From assembly GCF_002706985.1 (NCBI RefSeq), contig NZ_PAKP01000027.1: 64,000 bases of DNA, one strand, 5' to 3'. Source of the DNA: Sneathiella sp. (GTDB lineage: Bacteria > Pseudomonadota > Alphaproteobacteria > Sneathiellales > Sneathiellaceae). Of this stretch, positions 38,811-48,288 are shown piece after piece; the stretch's first letter is position 1; every line of letters begins with the position of its first letter. The translations under genes and the position numbers were made by a program. The notes under the pieces were generated by a model. The model did no database searches. It saw only the letters and a program-made list of their open reading frames with translations, and was not told the origin of the DNA.

Positions 38811-40498
38811 CCAGAGACATTAGCGAACGGCTGGCGGATCAGGGTATCAGGCTCAAGGACTATGCGGCGGGCGAGCATGCCACACTCTGCCCGGAATGCA
38901 GCCACAACCGGAAAAAGAAAACCGATCCCTGCCTGAGTGTTAAGATTGACGGCGAAGGCGGAGCCACTTGGATCTGTCATCACTGCGATATGGTCGGCAA
39001 TGTTCCCTGCATCGAGAAACCATCAAAATGGAAGCGGCCAGCCTTGCCGGAGAAACCCAAAAGGTCAGAGTCCATGTATGACTGGTTTAAGGGACGGGGT
39101 ATATCGCGGGCAACTGTGGACGCGGCGGGATGCTTCGCCACAGAGGAATATTACGGGCCGGAAAAGAAAAGCTGCATTGCCTTTCCCTACCGCCTGGACG
39201 GCAAGCCGGTTAACGTGAAGTACCGGACGCGGGACAAGCAATTCAAGCAGACACAGGGAGCGCAGCGGACCCTTTACAACATCGACAATGTGACCGGAGA
39301 CGAGATCGTTTTCGTTGAGGGTGAAATGGACGTTCTGGCTTTATGGGAAGCCGGAATAAAAAACGCGGTCAGCCTGCCGGATGGAGCGCCGAAGGAAGCC
39401 AAGTTCAGGGATGACGACAAGCGGTTTGAAGCCCTTCGTAACTGCCTGCCGAAACTGGAAGGCGTGAACAAGGTTATTATCGCGACGGATTCAGACGGAC
39501 CGGGGGAAGCCTTGGCGGCAGAACTGGCGCAACGTTTCGGGAAAGACCGTTGTTGGCGGGTGGATTGGGCGGAGCTCAAAGACGCTAATGCCGCCTTGCA
39601 GGCATGGGGCGCGGAATCCGTGCGCAATACTGTCGAAGAAGCCGAGCCATGGCCGATTGACGGGGTTTACCGATTCGAGGATTTTGGAAACGCGGTTCTC
39701 GATATGTATCACGGTCGCGGGCCACAACCTGTCAGGATCGGCATAGAAGGGCTCGACGACTTTTACAGGGTAATGCCGGGCACCTTCCATATCGTGACGG
39801 GTATACCCAACCACGGGAAATCAAACTTCCTCGAGCAGATCACCATGACGCTGGCTGAAAAGCACGGCTGGAAATTCGGGATATTCTCCCCGGAACACAA
39901 GCCTGCGCAGTATGCCAGCCGCCTGCTTGAGAAGCATTTGAAGCAGCCGTTTTATGACGGGCCGAATCCGAGAATGACACCGGAGGAAATCACGTCAGGA
40001 CTGGAATATGTGAACCGGCATTTCTATTACATCACGAGCAACGACCATACGCCTACGATTGACTGGATACTTGAGAAGGCGCGGCTCTCCTGCCTCAAGT
40101 ACGGCATCAAGGGGCTTGTGATTGATCCATACAACGAGATCGAGGCCGGACGGGAGAAGAACCAGACGGAAACGGAGTTTGTCAGCCAGCTTATCTCGAA
40201 GATCAAGCGGTTCTGCCGGACGCATGATGTGACGGTCTGGGTTGTGGCGCATCCGGCGAAGATGCACAGGGACCTGAACGGCGACCAGCCCATGCCGGAC
40301 CTTTACAGCATTTCAGGGTCCGCGCATTGGTTCAACAAGGCTGACATGGGTCTGATAGTCCACAGGAACTTTGAGGAAAAGACAACCGCCGTTGCAATCA
40401 ACAAGGTGAAGGAACAGCCAGCATGGGGCGGCACAGGCAAGCTCACGTTCTGGTTTGACGGTGCACACAGGATTTACAAGCCATCCGGCGCATTTTGA
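38807..40498 (+). CDS. Bifunctional primase-helicase (T7 gp4/Twinkle-like)
   Basis: CPEC...CHHC zinc finger, TOPRIM VEGEMD / ATDSDGPG, Walker A GIPNHGKS, VIDPYN and WFNKAD. Confidence 0.9.
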   Translation: MTRDISERLADQGIRLKDYAAGEHATLCPECSHNRKKKTDPCLSVKIDGEGGATWICHHCDMVGNVPCIEKPSKWKRPALPEKPKRSESMYDWFKGRGISRATVDAAGCFATEEYYGPEKKSCIAFPYRLDGKPVNVKYRTRDKQFKQTQGAQRTLYNIDNVTGDEIVFVEGEMDVLALWEAGIKNAVSLPDGAPKEAKFRDDDKRFEALRNCLPKLEGVNKVIIATDSDGPGEALAAELAQRFGKDRCWRVDWAELKDANAALQAWGAESVRNTVEEAEPWPIDGVYRFEDFGNAVLDMYHGRGPQPVRIGIEGLDDFYRVMPGTFHIVTGIPNHGKSNFLEQITMTLAEKHGWKFGIFSPEHKPAQYASRLLEKHLKQPFYDGPNPRMTPEEITSGLEYVNRHFYYITSNDHTPTIDWILEKARLSCLKYGIKGLVIDPYNEIEAGREKNQTETEFVSQLISKIKRFCRTHDVTVWVVAHPAKMHRDLNGDQPMPDLYSISGSAHWFNKADMGLIVHRNFEEKTTAVAINKVKEQPAWGGTGKLTFWFDGAHRIYKPSGAF

Positions 40499-40509
40499 GA
40501 GAGGACAGT

Positions 40510-41238
40510 ATGAGCGTAAAGACGAAAGACAAGGTAGATGAAGACCTGCGAAAGCTTGTGGGGGATTTGAAAGAGGAATCGGAGAAAGATTTTACGCACA
40601 TCGAGTTACGGCGGGACCGCGTTGACGAAATGCCGGAGCGGGCGCAGGAACGGCTGAGCAAGATATTTGACGACGAAATAGCCTCGCCGGTCATCAAGGA
40701 CGCAAACGATGGCGCGGGCCTCGGCATTTTCTACAATGACGACGAAGAGTTGGGTTTACTGGCGCTTATATCAACGTTCGGCGTCACCTATGGTGATTTC
40801 ACTGTGCAGCAATTAAATGGTCTATTGCTGGCGTCTGGAACGGCCAAGGACAACAAGGAAGAACTTGGAAAAAAGGCGTCGGCGGACATCAATATTGTAG
40901 CGGCGCTTGAGCCAAGGGATGCGGTCGAAAGTATGTTGGCTGTGCAGATGACGGCAACGCACCGGGCAATAATGAAAGCAGCCCAACAGCTCAACCACGC
41001 GGAAATGCTTGACCAAAGCAACAGCGCTGCAAACCGGATGACGAAACTCATGAATGTTTACACCCGGCAGGTTGAAACTCTCAACAAACACCGGGGCAAA
41101 GGCCAGCAGAAAATGACGGTCGAGCATGTTCACGTCAACGAAGGCGGGCAAGCAATTATCGGAACCGTCGAGGGAGGGGGCAGGGGTAATTCAAAAAAAG
41201 GAGGACAACCCCATGCAGCGTTGCGGAGCAAAGACTAG
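40510..41238 (+). CDS. Conserved island hypothetical protein
   Basis: ESMLAVQM...HRGKGQQKMTVEHVHVNEGGQAIIG, a pattern I associate with genes next to HGGxSTG genes. Confidence 0.65.
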   Translation: MSVKTKDKVDEDLRKLVGDLKEESEKDFTHIELRRDRVDEMPERAQERLSKIFDDEIASPVIKDANDGAGLGIFYNDDEELGLLALISTFGVTYGDFTVQQLNGLLLASGTAKDNKEELGKKASADINIVAALEPRDAVESMLAVQMTATHRAIMKAAQQLNHAEMLDQSNSAANRMTKLMNVYTRQVETLNKHRGKGQQKMTVEHVHVNEGGQAIIGTVEGGGRGNSKKGGQPHAALRSKD

Positions 41239-41446
41239 AACGGGCGAACCGTGCAAGACCTGGGCAATGAAAAACGGCAGGTGTCGGATGCATGGCGGGA
41301 TGTCGCCCGGAGCGCCAAGGGGGCCGCGCAACGGGAACTATCGGCATGGCTTCTATACGAATGAGGCTATAGCTGAGCGGCGACAAATGTCGGCATTCAT
41401 TCGAGACATGCGGGAGGCGCTAGATGGCACGTCCCACGAAGTATAG
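41213..41446 (+). CDS. HGGxSTG-domain protein
   Basis: CGAKTRTGEPC...GRCRMHGGMSPG; AAGGAGG RBS. Confidence 0.8.
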   Translation: MQRCGAKTRTGEPCKTWAMKNGRCRMHGGMSPGAPRGPRNGNYRHGFYTNEAIAERRQMSAFIRDMREALDGTSHEV

Positions 41447-41822
41447 GCCGGAAATGCAGGATGAGATTATATCCCTGATGCGGGAAGGGGCGAGTATTCA
41501 AGAGGTATCGGCGGCGCTCGGTATATGTCGGTCTAGTCTGTATAATTGGAAGCGCCAATATCCAGAGTTTTTAGACACCATAAAAAGGGGAGAAACCTAC
41601 TCACAGGCGTGGTGGGAACGGCAGGGGCGGCTAAACCTTTGGAATCCTCAATTCAACTATCGTCATTGGTTCCGGCAGATGTGCAACCGGTTTGGCTGGC
41701 GGAATAATATCCGAAGGCGTAACGGCGAACAGCATCGGTTTGCTTTAATCCACGACAGACCAATGACAGAGGATGAATGGCTTGTCAGATATTCAGGGCA
41801 CAATGGTGGACCTTCGCTCTAA
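41424..41822 (+). CDS. Terminase small subunit-like protein
   Basis: MARPTKYRPE...LGICRSSLYNWKRQYPEF...SQAWWE...NRFGW, a podovirus TerS-like pattern. Confidence 0.75.
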   Translation: MARPTKYRPEMQDEIISLMREGASIQEVSAALGICRSSLYNWKRQYPEFLDTIKRGETYSQAWWERQGRLNLWNPQFNYRHWFRQMCNRFGWRNNIRRRNGEQHRFALIHDRPMTEDEWLVRYSGHNGGPSL

Positions 41823-41930
41823 TTCTGCTGGCTTTTCTTATTGCTCTCGTTCTGACCGACTCGCTGGCAAGTTGATAAATTCCTAATATACATTATGATA
41901 TGAATGCGTTTTGGATACCGGAGGACTGTC

Positions 41931-42290
41931 ATGCGGCTTTCAATTCCTTACAGTTTCTACTTGGTTCTTTTTACGGCGTTATGCTGGCTTCCAATTGCAG
42001 CGGCCCAATCTTCGACTGTATCGCTCGCCGATATGGTTGCGGCCTGCAAAGTGGATGCCCGACCGGCGACAGGTCAATTTGTATGTGATGACTCAGTTGG
42101 AGCAGCGGGTGACGCCATTGAATCAAAGTGCGTTACACTTCGAATGACAGGCAAAATTAATTGTGACGCTACCGGCCCGTACGCCGAAACCCTCACCAAA
42201 TTTATGAGTATGTGCAAGTGGGCTGATGATCCTGTTTTCAAGGACAGGCTGGGCAATCCCATGAAGGGTAAGGGCGTTGAGTGCAACTAA
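41931..42290 (+). CDS. Secreted Cys-containing hypothetical protein
   Basis: GGAGG RBS, signal peptide ending AAA/Q, several Cys. Confidence 0.55.
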   Translation: MRLSIPYSFYLVLFTALCWLPIAAAQSSTVSLADMVAACKVDARPATGQFVCDDSVGAAGDAIESKCVTLRMTGKINCDATGPYAETLTKFMSMCKWADDPVFKDRLGNPMKGKGVECN

Positions 42291-42595
42291 TCAAGCCCAA
42301 CTGACCTTATAATAATCCGCGCCACCCTGCCCGTTTCCATATGCCGCAAGCCGGGATTTGGCTCCGATAGCGCCCTCATAAATCGCCGCGCCAGTTGCGG
42401 CCCTTTCTCGATAGTCTGGCTTATCTCTTCCAGCGCCTTCTCTAGTTGGCGGCTTCTTACATCCCGGCGCGCGCAATCCCGTGCCGCCCGTTCGATAACA
42501 GACAGCATTCTTTGAAGCTGGTCTTTATCCACCAGTTCTTCCGACCAGTTGCCGCCAAAGGAGACATTTCCGAGTTGCTTTTTCTTTTCTGTCAT
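42287..42595 (-). CDS. Hypothetical protein divergent from the Y-family polymerase
   Basis: MTEKKKQLGNVSFGGNWSEEL; start lies 2 bp from a LexA box. Confidence 0.6.
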   Translation of the reverse strand: MTEKKKQLGNVSFGGNWSEELVDKDQLQRMLSVIERAARDCARRDVRSRQLEKALEEISQTIEKGPQLARRFMRALSEPNPGLRHMETGRVARIIIRSVGLD

Positions 42596-42597
42596 GA

Positions 42598-42612
42598 GAA
42601 CAAAGAGAGAAC
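42598..42612. promoter_or_regulatory. Alphaproteobacterial LexA (SOS) box
   Basis: GAAC-AAAGAGA-GAAC, a perfect GAAC-N7-GAAC between divergent genes. Confidence 0.85.
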
Positions 42613-42647
42613 ATTTGCTGTCATTTTGCAAGACGGATTTTTATGCC

Positions 42648-43844
42648 ATGACGCCCATGCGGTCCCTTTATGTTGATATGAATAGCTTTTTTGCGAGCAT
42701 CGAGCAGCAGATTGATCCGGCACTCAGGGGCAGGCCCGTTGCGATAACGGCAATTGATAATGAATCAGGGGCTTGCGTTGCGGCAAGCTATGAGGCGAAG
42801 GCATATGGCATCAATACCGGCACCCGTATCTATGCCGCAAAAGAGCTTTGCCCCGGTATTATCTTCCGTCCCTCCCGGCATCGGCTGTATGTCCGGGTTA
42901 ATCAGAAAATCGCCCGCGTCATTGATGAGATAGCGGAATTGGAGTTTGTCCGCTCCATTGATGAATTCCAGGTGGCGCTGGGTGGAAAGACATCGGAACT
43001 TGAGGCGGCGCTGGATCTGGCCCGCAACATCAAGGCCGCGATACGGGAAAGGGTCGGCTCGGAGCTTCGCAGTTCCGTTGGCATCGGTCCAAACCATTTG
43101 CTGGCAAAGATAGCGGGGAAGCTGGAGAAGCCGGACGGCCTTAAATGGCTCGCCCCTGAGAACATGCCGGACGCTATCAGGCATCTCACCCTTGATGATT
43201 TACCGGGCATTTCAAAGGGCATCAGGGGAAGGTTGTACGATGCCCGGATATACGACACGACGGCGCTCTACAGGCTGGATCCGCGCCATGCCCGGATGAT
43301 TTGGCATTCGGTGGAGGGAGAGCGGTTTATAAGAGCCTTGCAGGGCATGGATATCCCGCTGATGCCAACCAAGCGGAATGGCTACGGGAACTCAAAGGTG
43401 CTGGCCCCGGTTCACCGTCCGCCGCACAAGGCAAAGATGGTCGGGCGCTGGCTGGTTGAGAAGGCATCGGAGCGGATGCGAAGGGATGGCTATTGTACCC
43501 GGCATTTTGACCTTTCACTGCGCATGACTGACGGCCCGCGCAATGCAGGCAAGAAGATAACGGCAACACGGGATACACGGTTCTTGCTCTCGATCTATGA
43601 GGGGCTATGGAGAGACATCCGCCGTCGCAGCAACGGGGATGTTTTGTCGATTACCGTTCACCTTGGGGACTTGATCCTGCTGACGGAGCGTAACGGCGAC
43701 CTGTTTGCGCCCCTCTCGCCGGGAATGCCAAACGAGCCCGAAAAGCTCGCAACCGTTATTGACCATATCAACCGCCGTTTTGGGGAGCGAATGGTGAAGT
43801 ATGGAGAGCATCAGGACCACCCGGGGTTCTTTGAGAAGGGTTAA
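42648..43844 (+). CDS. Y-family DNA polymerase (DinB/UmuC-like), catalytic residues intact
   Basis: YVDMNSFFASIEQ, AASYEAKAYGI, SIDE and SVGIGPNHLLAKIA. Confidence 0.92.
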   Translation: MTPMRSLYVDMNSFFASIEQQIDPALRGRPVAITAIDNESGACVAASYEAKAYGINTGTRIYAAKELCPGIIFRPSRHRLYVRVNQKIARVIDEIAELEFVRSIDEFQVALGGKTSELEAALDLARNIKAAIRERVGSELRSSVGIGPNHLLAKIAGKLEKPDGLKWLAPENMPDAIRHLTLDDLPGISKGIRGRLYDARIYDTTALYRLDPRHARMIWHSVEGERFIRALQGMDIPLMPTKRNGYGNSKVLAPVHRPPHKAKMVGRWLVEKASERMRRDGYCTRHFDLSLRMTDGPRNAGKKITATRDTRFLLSIYEGLWRDIRRRSNGDVLSITVHLGDLILLTERNGDLFAPLSPGMPNEPEKLATVIDHINRRFGERMVKYGEHQDHPGFFEKG

Positions 43845-43928
43845 TGCGAGATTCTCGTAATTCCCTAAGAAAATAACGGCGTATCTCGGATCATGGCTTG
43901 TTGATTGCACCTCGGCAATTAAAGAGTT

Positions 43929-44573
43929 TTAGCCACCAGTAAGGTTTGTGCCGCCACCTCTCTTTCCCTTTGTGTCAACTTTTTTGAATTTACGCAACGC
44001 ATACGGAGGAGAGCAGTCGATATCGCCAATTCTGAATTTTTTATGCTCATGCAGGCATATACTCGTATCTCCTCCCCATACAATGTTGCCGCTATTTGCA
44101 TAATAGTAAAAATATCGGTTTGATGTTGATGGCGATAAGGTTTTGCATTTGCCTCGATTGATTACCCACCATCCCTCACTAATCCAATTTCCGTTGTTGA
44201 GATAAGATATTGCGATAGATACCTTTGGCTTGTTTGAATGATTGCAGAACTCCCAGTTTGTTCTAGAGGTCCCGTATATTTTTGGAGCTGGCTGCGCTTG
44301 AACATTTGTCTTTACCTCGTCATAAATCGCAATGGCGACTTCATGTCTCAAGTTATAAGAAATAACTGTGGCAAAGATGGAAACAGCAACCACTAAAAGG
44401 CGAAATATCAAGTTTCCAACAAACGCACCAACAGACGCCACAACCACGCCGCATATAATGACGCCAACAATATTGTCGGAGCCAAAAGTGATGGCACCAA
44501 AGCCCAGCCCAGCTATTAAGCCGATGAACCCTAACAAGCCTCCCAGTGGCGTCCCTTGTTCACTGCTTGCCAT
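43929..44573 (-). CDS. Membrane protein with C-terminal DUF1036-like domain
   Basis: N-terminal TM helices; FCNHS...SEGWWVI..GKC...YFYYYA. Confidence 0.7.
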   Translation of the reverse strand: MASSEQGTPLGGLLGFIGLIAGLGFGAITFGSDNIVGVIICGVVVASVGAFVGNLIFRLLVVAVSIFATVISYNLRHEVAIAIYDEVKTNVQAQPAPKIYGTSRTNWEFCNHSNKPKVSIAISYLNNGNWISEGWWVINRGKCKTLSPSTSNRYFYYYANSGNIVWGGDTSICLHEHKKFRIGDIDCSPPYALRKFKKVDTKGKRGGGTNLTGG

Positions 44574-44883
44574 AATGCCTTCTCGCCAAAGTAAACTTCA
44601 TATCAACTTCAGGTTTTATGTTCGGGCGGCTTTCTGGAAGAGTCAATAGCTATATTAATCGGGTATAGGATTTATCATATACCAGATAACTCAGTGTTTC
44701 TCAGTTGCGGTTTTCATTCCAGTTCGGCTGGTTTTGATATTTTTAAGAGAATAAGGCGAATTGTGGCCGACTTTATATGTTTTCATGAAGAGGGGTCATA
44801 TAGCTTGTTAACGCGCCCAAAATCCTGTAAGATGTACCTGTTATGTTCCGCCTGTGAAGGTCGAACAACCGAAAGGCCCATTG

Positions 44884-46092
44884 ATGGATATATTTACTTT
44901 ACCGGAACAGGTGGCGCTCGATGCAACGGGCGTCCCCTTGGCCGGGGCAAAACTGGAATTCTACCGCGCAGGCACATCGACGCCGGAGGATACCTACACC
45001 ACCGCCGCCCGAAGCGTTGCACACGCCAACCCGGTTGTTGCGGACAGCCAAGGCAGGTTTCCCGCAATCTATCTTGGCACTTCCTACAACTACAAAGCCA
45101 TTCTCAAAACCTCTGCCGATGTTATCCGGGATACACAGGACAACATTCCGGGAGCAGCTTTTGATGGGGCGCTTATCAAGGCGGGCACGGTGGCAACCGC
45201 CGCGCTTGCTGCAAAAGCCGTCACCTTTGACAAGATGGCGGACCTAGCGCAGGGGAGCGTGATTGTTGGCGGGGCATCCAACAGGCCAGCAACCCTTGAT
45301 ATTTCGACGAACGGCAAATTTCTAAAAGGGAACGGCACCACGGGGGAAATGGTTACGCTCCCTTATCCACCGGAATTCAAGACAGGCTGCGTTGTCACTA
45401 TCGGAACGGACACGGACCACGATCTTGATATTACGGCGGGGTATCTCCGGGATTCAACCAATTCAGTTAACATTACCGTTGCGGCTATGACAAAGCGCGG
45501 CGATGCGGCTTGGGCAGCAGGGACGGGCAACGGCATGATGCTGACCGGGACTATCGCAGGCGATACGAACTATGCCCTGTACGTGATTGCCAAGGCGGAC
45601 GGGACGCAGGATTTCGGGCTGCATACGTCTCTCACGGACCCATCGGCAGACCTACCCGCAGATTATGTTTACTACCGCAAAATCAAGCAGGTGCGGACGG
45701 ATTCAAGCGCGAACCTGTTGCAAGTCCCTGTGGAGGCTGGCGGCTATAACGAAATCACCTATCCAGATCAGACAATCACAGCGGCGGGCACCTTGTCGCT
45801 GGATCATGCGCTAGGGACGGCGGATGTTGAAATATACCTTTCCCTTGTCTGCCAGACCAACGAATACAATTACACGGCGGGCGATGTTGTTCCCATTCAT
45901 AATTCAGTTGTTGGCGATAGCGGCACGAACGGCGGCACCAATATCAAGGTCACGTCCAGCAATCTTTCCCTGAAATACAACAACACGTCAACGACCTTTA
46001 GCATTCACAATTTCAGCACCGGCGCGGCTAACGCGGGACTGACAAACGCAAGCTGGAAACTCCGCATTAAGGTAAGGGCAGCAATCCAATGA
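44884..46092 (+). CDS. Phage tail fibre/spike-like protein
   Basis: N-terminal GVPLAGAKLEFYRAGTSTP...NPVVADSQGRFPAIYL virion-attachment-like domain; Gly/Thr-rich beta-type body. Confidence 0.75.
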   Translation: MDIFTLPEQVALDATGVPLAGAKLEFYRAGTSTPEDTYTTAARSVAHANPVVADSQGRFPAIYLGTSYNYKAILKTSADVIRDTQDNIPGAAFDGALIKAGTVATAALAAKAVTFDKMADLAQGSVIVGGASNRPATLDISTNGKFLKGNGTTGEMVTLPYPPEFKTGCVVTIGTDTDHDLDITAGYLRDSTNSVNITVAAMTKRGDAAWAAGTGNGMMLTGTIAGDTNYALYVIAKADGTQDFGLHTSLTDPSADLPADYVYYRKIKQVRTDSSANLLQVPVEAGGYNEITYPDQTITAAGTLSLDHALGTADVEIYLSLVCQTNEYNYTAGDVVPIHNSVVGDSGTNGGTNIKVTSSNLSLKYNNTSTTFSIHNFSTGAANAGLTNASWKLRIKVRAAIQ

Positions 46093-46418
46093 CACCGACC
46101 CCCTTTGTAGACAAAAACGGCAACTATCTCGGCATCTTCACAAGCCCGCCCATTGGTGGCGTGGCTGTCCCGGAAGCACCGGACGACGCGCGGCAGGTAT
46201 GGACCGGCAAGGCATACGGTCCCGTCCCTGACAAGCCGCAGGAAGAGCAGGACTGGGAAGTGCTGGCCGATGCCGAAACGCAAGCTGAAATTCTGGTTGA
46301 GCTTTACAAGAACCTTGTGAAAGAGGGCGGAACTATCCAGCCGGACGCCATAGACACCACCGCCGCGGCGAAATTCGAGAAATTGAAAACAGCGGTTGAT
46401 AGAAAGGAAGCCCGATGA
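46089..46418 (+). CDS. Tail fibre assembly/chaperone-like protein
   Basis: ATGA-coupled to the fibre gene; FVDKNGNYLG...VPEAPDDARQVWTG. Confidence 0.55.
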   Translation: MTPTPFVDKNGNYLGIFTSPPIGGVAVPEAPDDARQVWTGKAYGPVPDKPQEEQDWEVLADAETQAEILVELYKNLVKEGGTIQPDAIDTTAAAKFEKLKTAVDRKEAR

Positions 46419-46603
46419 TTGAGGTTGAAATATCAGGCGAAACCGCGCCGGGAGTTAGGGTTATGGCGGATATTCCGGCGCATATGATTAGGGGCGATGC
46501 CAAGCCCTTTGTGAAGGCAACAACGGACCCTGTTAATGGGCGTTTCGGTTTTCGCTGCGAAGGACTTCCCGTTGGCGTGCAGTTTGTTGTTCCGAAGGAG
46601 TAG
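46415..46603 (+). CDS. Small hypothetical protein
   Basis: ATGA overlap; AGGAAG RBS-like sequence. Confidence 0.45.
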   Translation: MIEVEISGETAPGVRVMADIPAHMIRGDAKPFVKATTDPVNGRFGFRCEGLPVGVQFVVPKE

Positions 46604-46608
46604 ATACA

Positions 46609-46764
46609 GTGGAAAAAGCAACCTTTGACCGGCATATGCACTTACGCTTTACCCCGCAGCTCGCGGAGCGGGCGCAGCGATACGCAGCCGCGCAGGAAAT
46701 GAGCCTTTCGGAGTTTATCCGGCAGGCCATTCGCGAACGCCTGGACAACACGGAGGCGGCATAA
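46609..46764 (+). CDS. Ribbon-helix-helix (CopG-like) small protein, absent from the ORF track
   Basis: AGGAG RBS; GTG start; HMHLRFTPQLAERAQRYAAAQEMSLSEFIRQAIRERL; TAATG overlap with the next gene. Confidence 0.7.
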   Translation: MEKATFDRHMHLRFTPQLAERAQRYAAAQEMSLSEFIRQAIRERLDNTEAA

Positions 46765-46997
46765 TGGGGAAGTATGACAGACCCGGCATATTGCCAAAGT
46801 TCATCAAGCGCATTGTTGAGGCTGAGGATACGCCAGAGGGGGCAGTAAGCCGCATTACGAGTGCTTTGCCATATTGGTCGCTAGATGCCCTCAGACGCGG
46901 CGCAGAGGCCGACAAAGGCGAGTATCAGGATAAAGACTATCACACAAAGCTGGACCGCCTGATTGAACACACGGAAAAGCATAAATGCCAAGTATGA
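46764..46997 (+). CDS. Hypothetical protein
   Basis: Coupled ORF (TAATG and ATGA overlaps). Confidence 0.5.
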   Translation: MGKYDRPGILPKFIKRIVEAEDTPEGAVSRITSALPYWSLDALRRGAEADKGEYQDKDYHTKLDRLIEHTEKHKCQV

Positions 46998-47299
46998 GGG
47001 ACATTGCGGACGCGCCGTTTCACGACGCAATTAAGATTGTTCGAAGTCTTCCCCGTGAGCGTTGGAAGGAAGTCCGGGCTATCAACGAGTGGTCACTACA
47101 AGACGCGCTAAACACGCTTGCCATGGATTCAGAGGAATTTGAGCAGATATATTTCAATAATTTCCTGGCGTCATTGAATTACGAGAAAGAAGACATGCCC
47201 GGCCTTGAAAGGCCAGAGGATGAGAAAAGAGCCGTATTCCATAAACGCATTGATGATGCCATGCGTATCAGGGAAGTTTTAAATAGGATCGAGCAATGA
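46994..47299 (+). CDS. Hypothetical protein
   Basis: Coupled ORF. Confidence 0.5.
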   Translation: MRDIADAPFHDAIKIVRSLPRERWKEVRAINEWSLQDALNTLAMDSEEFEQIYFNNFLASLNYEKEDMPGLERPEDEKRAVFHKRIDDAMRIREVLNRIEQ

Positions 47300-48288
47300 A
47301 TAGCCTAGTACCGTTTGCCAAGCCAACATTCTACAGCTCCGGCCAGAACGCCCTGAATTTGTCGGGCAGAAAGCCAGTCAGGACGCCAAGCGGCATAAAG
47401 TTTTACACGCCGCCCACCACGCGGAATGCGCTCAATCCGAACAATCTGCAACCTATCGGAAGCAACAACCTGACGGCGAGCCAGAATGCTTTGACGCGGG
47501 CCTTTTATGACCGGGATTTAGGGGGTCAGTCACCGGGAGACACACCCGGCACCGGCGGCGATCCTAATCAGGGCGCGGGCGAGTCTGTTCCTGCCGCGCA
47601 GATGTCAACGCAAGACTTGGCGGATGAAGTCGGCCAGCTCGATGCCATGAACGATGTTGTTAGCGTCGGCAAGAGTCTTGGCCTTAGCTTTGGACCGGTA
47701 GGATTGTTTGCAGGGCTTTACAGCGCAGGCAAAAACAAACTGGACAACAGGCCGGAACTTGAGCAACGCAACCGCGACCTTGCCTTGCAAGGACTGGCAC
47801 CGGTCAGCCCAACGGAATTCAGCTTTGACCCGCAGATGTCAGATCAACAGATTGCGGACCAGAACAAGGAAATGCAGCGCAGCGTAACGGGCACAGATCA
47901 GGGCGAAGCGAGAAACGATCCCAATCCGGCCCCGTCAGGTGACCCCGGTGCAGGGCAGGGTGACACGGTAATCTGTTCAGAGCTTTACCGGCAAGGCATC
48001 ATGCCGCGCCATATCTGGGAAGCAGACGAACGTTTCGGCGACACGCTCGATAAATCCACGCTAGAGGGCTACCACAGGTGGGCAGAGCCTTGGGTGAGGG
48101 TTATGCAGCGTTCACCCCTTGCAACACGCCTAACGTGGCTTGTGGCGCGGCCTTGGGCCTATTATATGGCTTTCAAGATGAAGGCGGTTAAGGAAGACAA
48201 CGCAACGGGGCGGCTGTTGATGAAAATCGGACTTCCCTTGTGCCAGACTATAGGCAATCGGATTCAGCGACTTCAAACCTACCAATAG
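47296..48288 (+). CDS. Possible virion ejection/internal protein with C-terminal 'VICSELY' domain
   Basis: Low-complexity G/Q/N/P-rich body; C-terminal GDTVICSELYRQG...GYHRWA domain. Confidence 0.5.
   Translation: MNSLVPFAKPTFYSSGQNALNLSGRKPVRTPSGIKFYTPPTTRNALNPNNLQPIGSNNLTASQNALTRAFYDRDLGGQSPGDTPGTGGDPNQGAGESVPAAQMSTQDLADEVGQLDAMNDVVSVGKSLGLSFGPVGLFAGLYSAGKNKLDNRPELEQRNRDLALQGLAPVSPTEFSFDPQMSDQQIADQNKEMQRSVTGTDQGEARNDPNPAPSGDPGAGQGDTVICSELYRQGIMPRHIWEADERFGDTLDKSTLEGYHRWAEPWVRVMQRSPLATRLTWLVARPWAYYMAFKMKAVKEDNATGRLLMKIGLPLCQTIGNRIQRLQTYQ

Noticed and set aside
41191-41215. A7 run (TCAAAAAAAGG) as a programmed -1 frameshift fusing the 40510 protein to the HGGxSTG domain
   Set aside because: The HGGxSTG frame is +1, not -1, and AAGGAGG is simply the RBS for ATG 41213.
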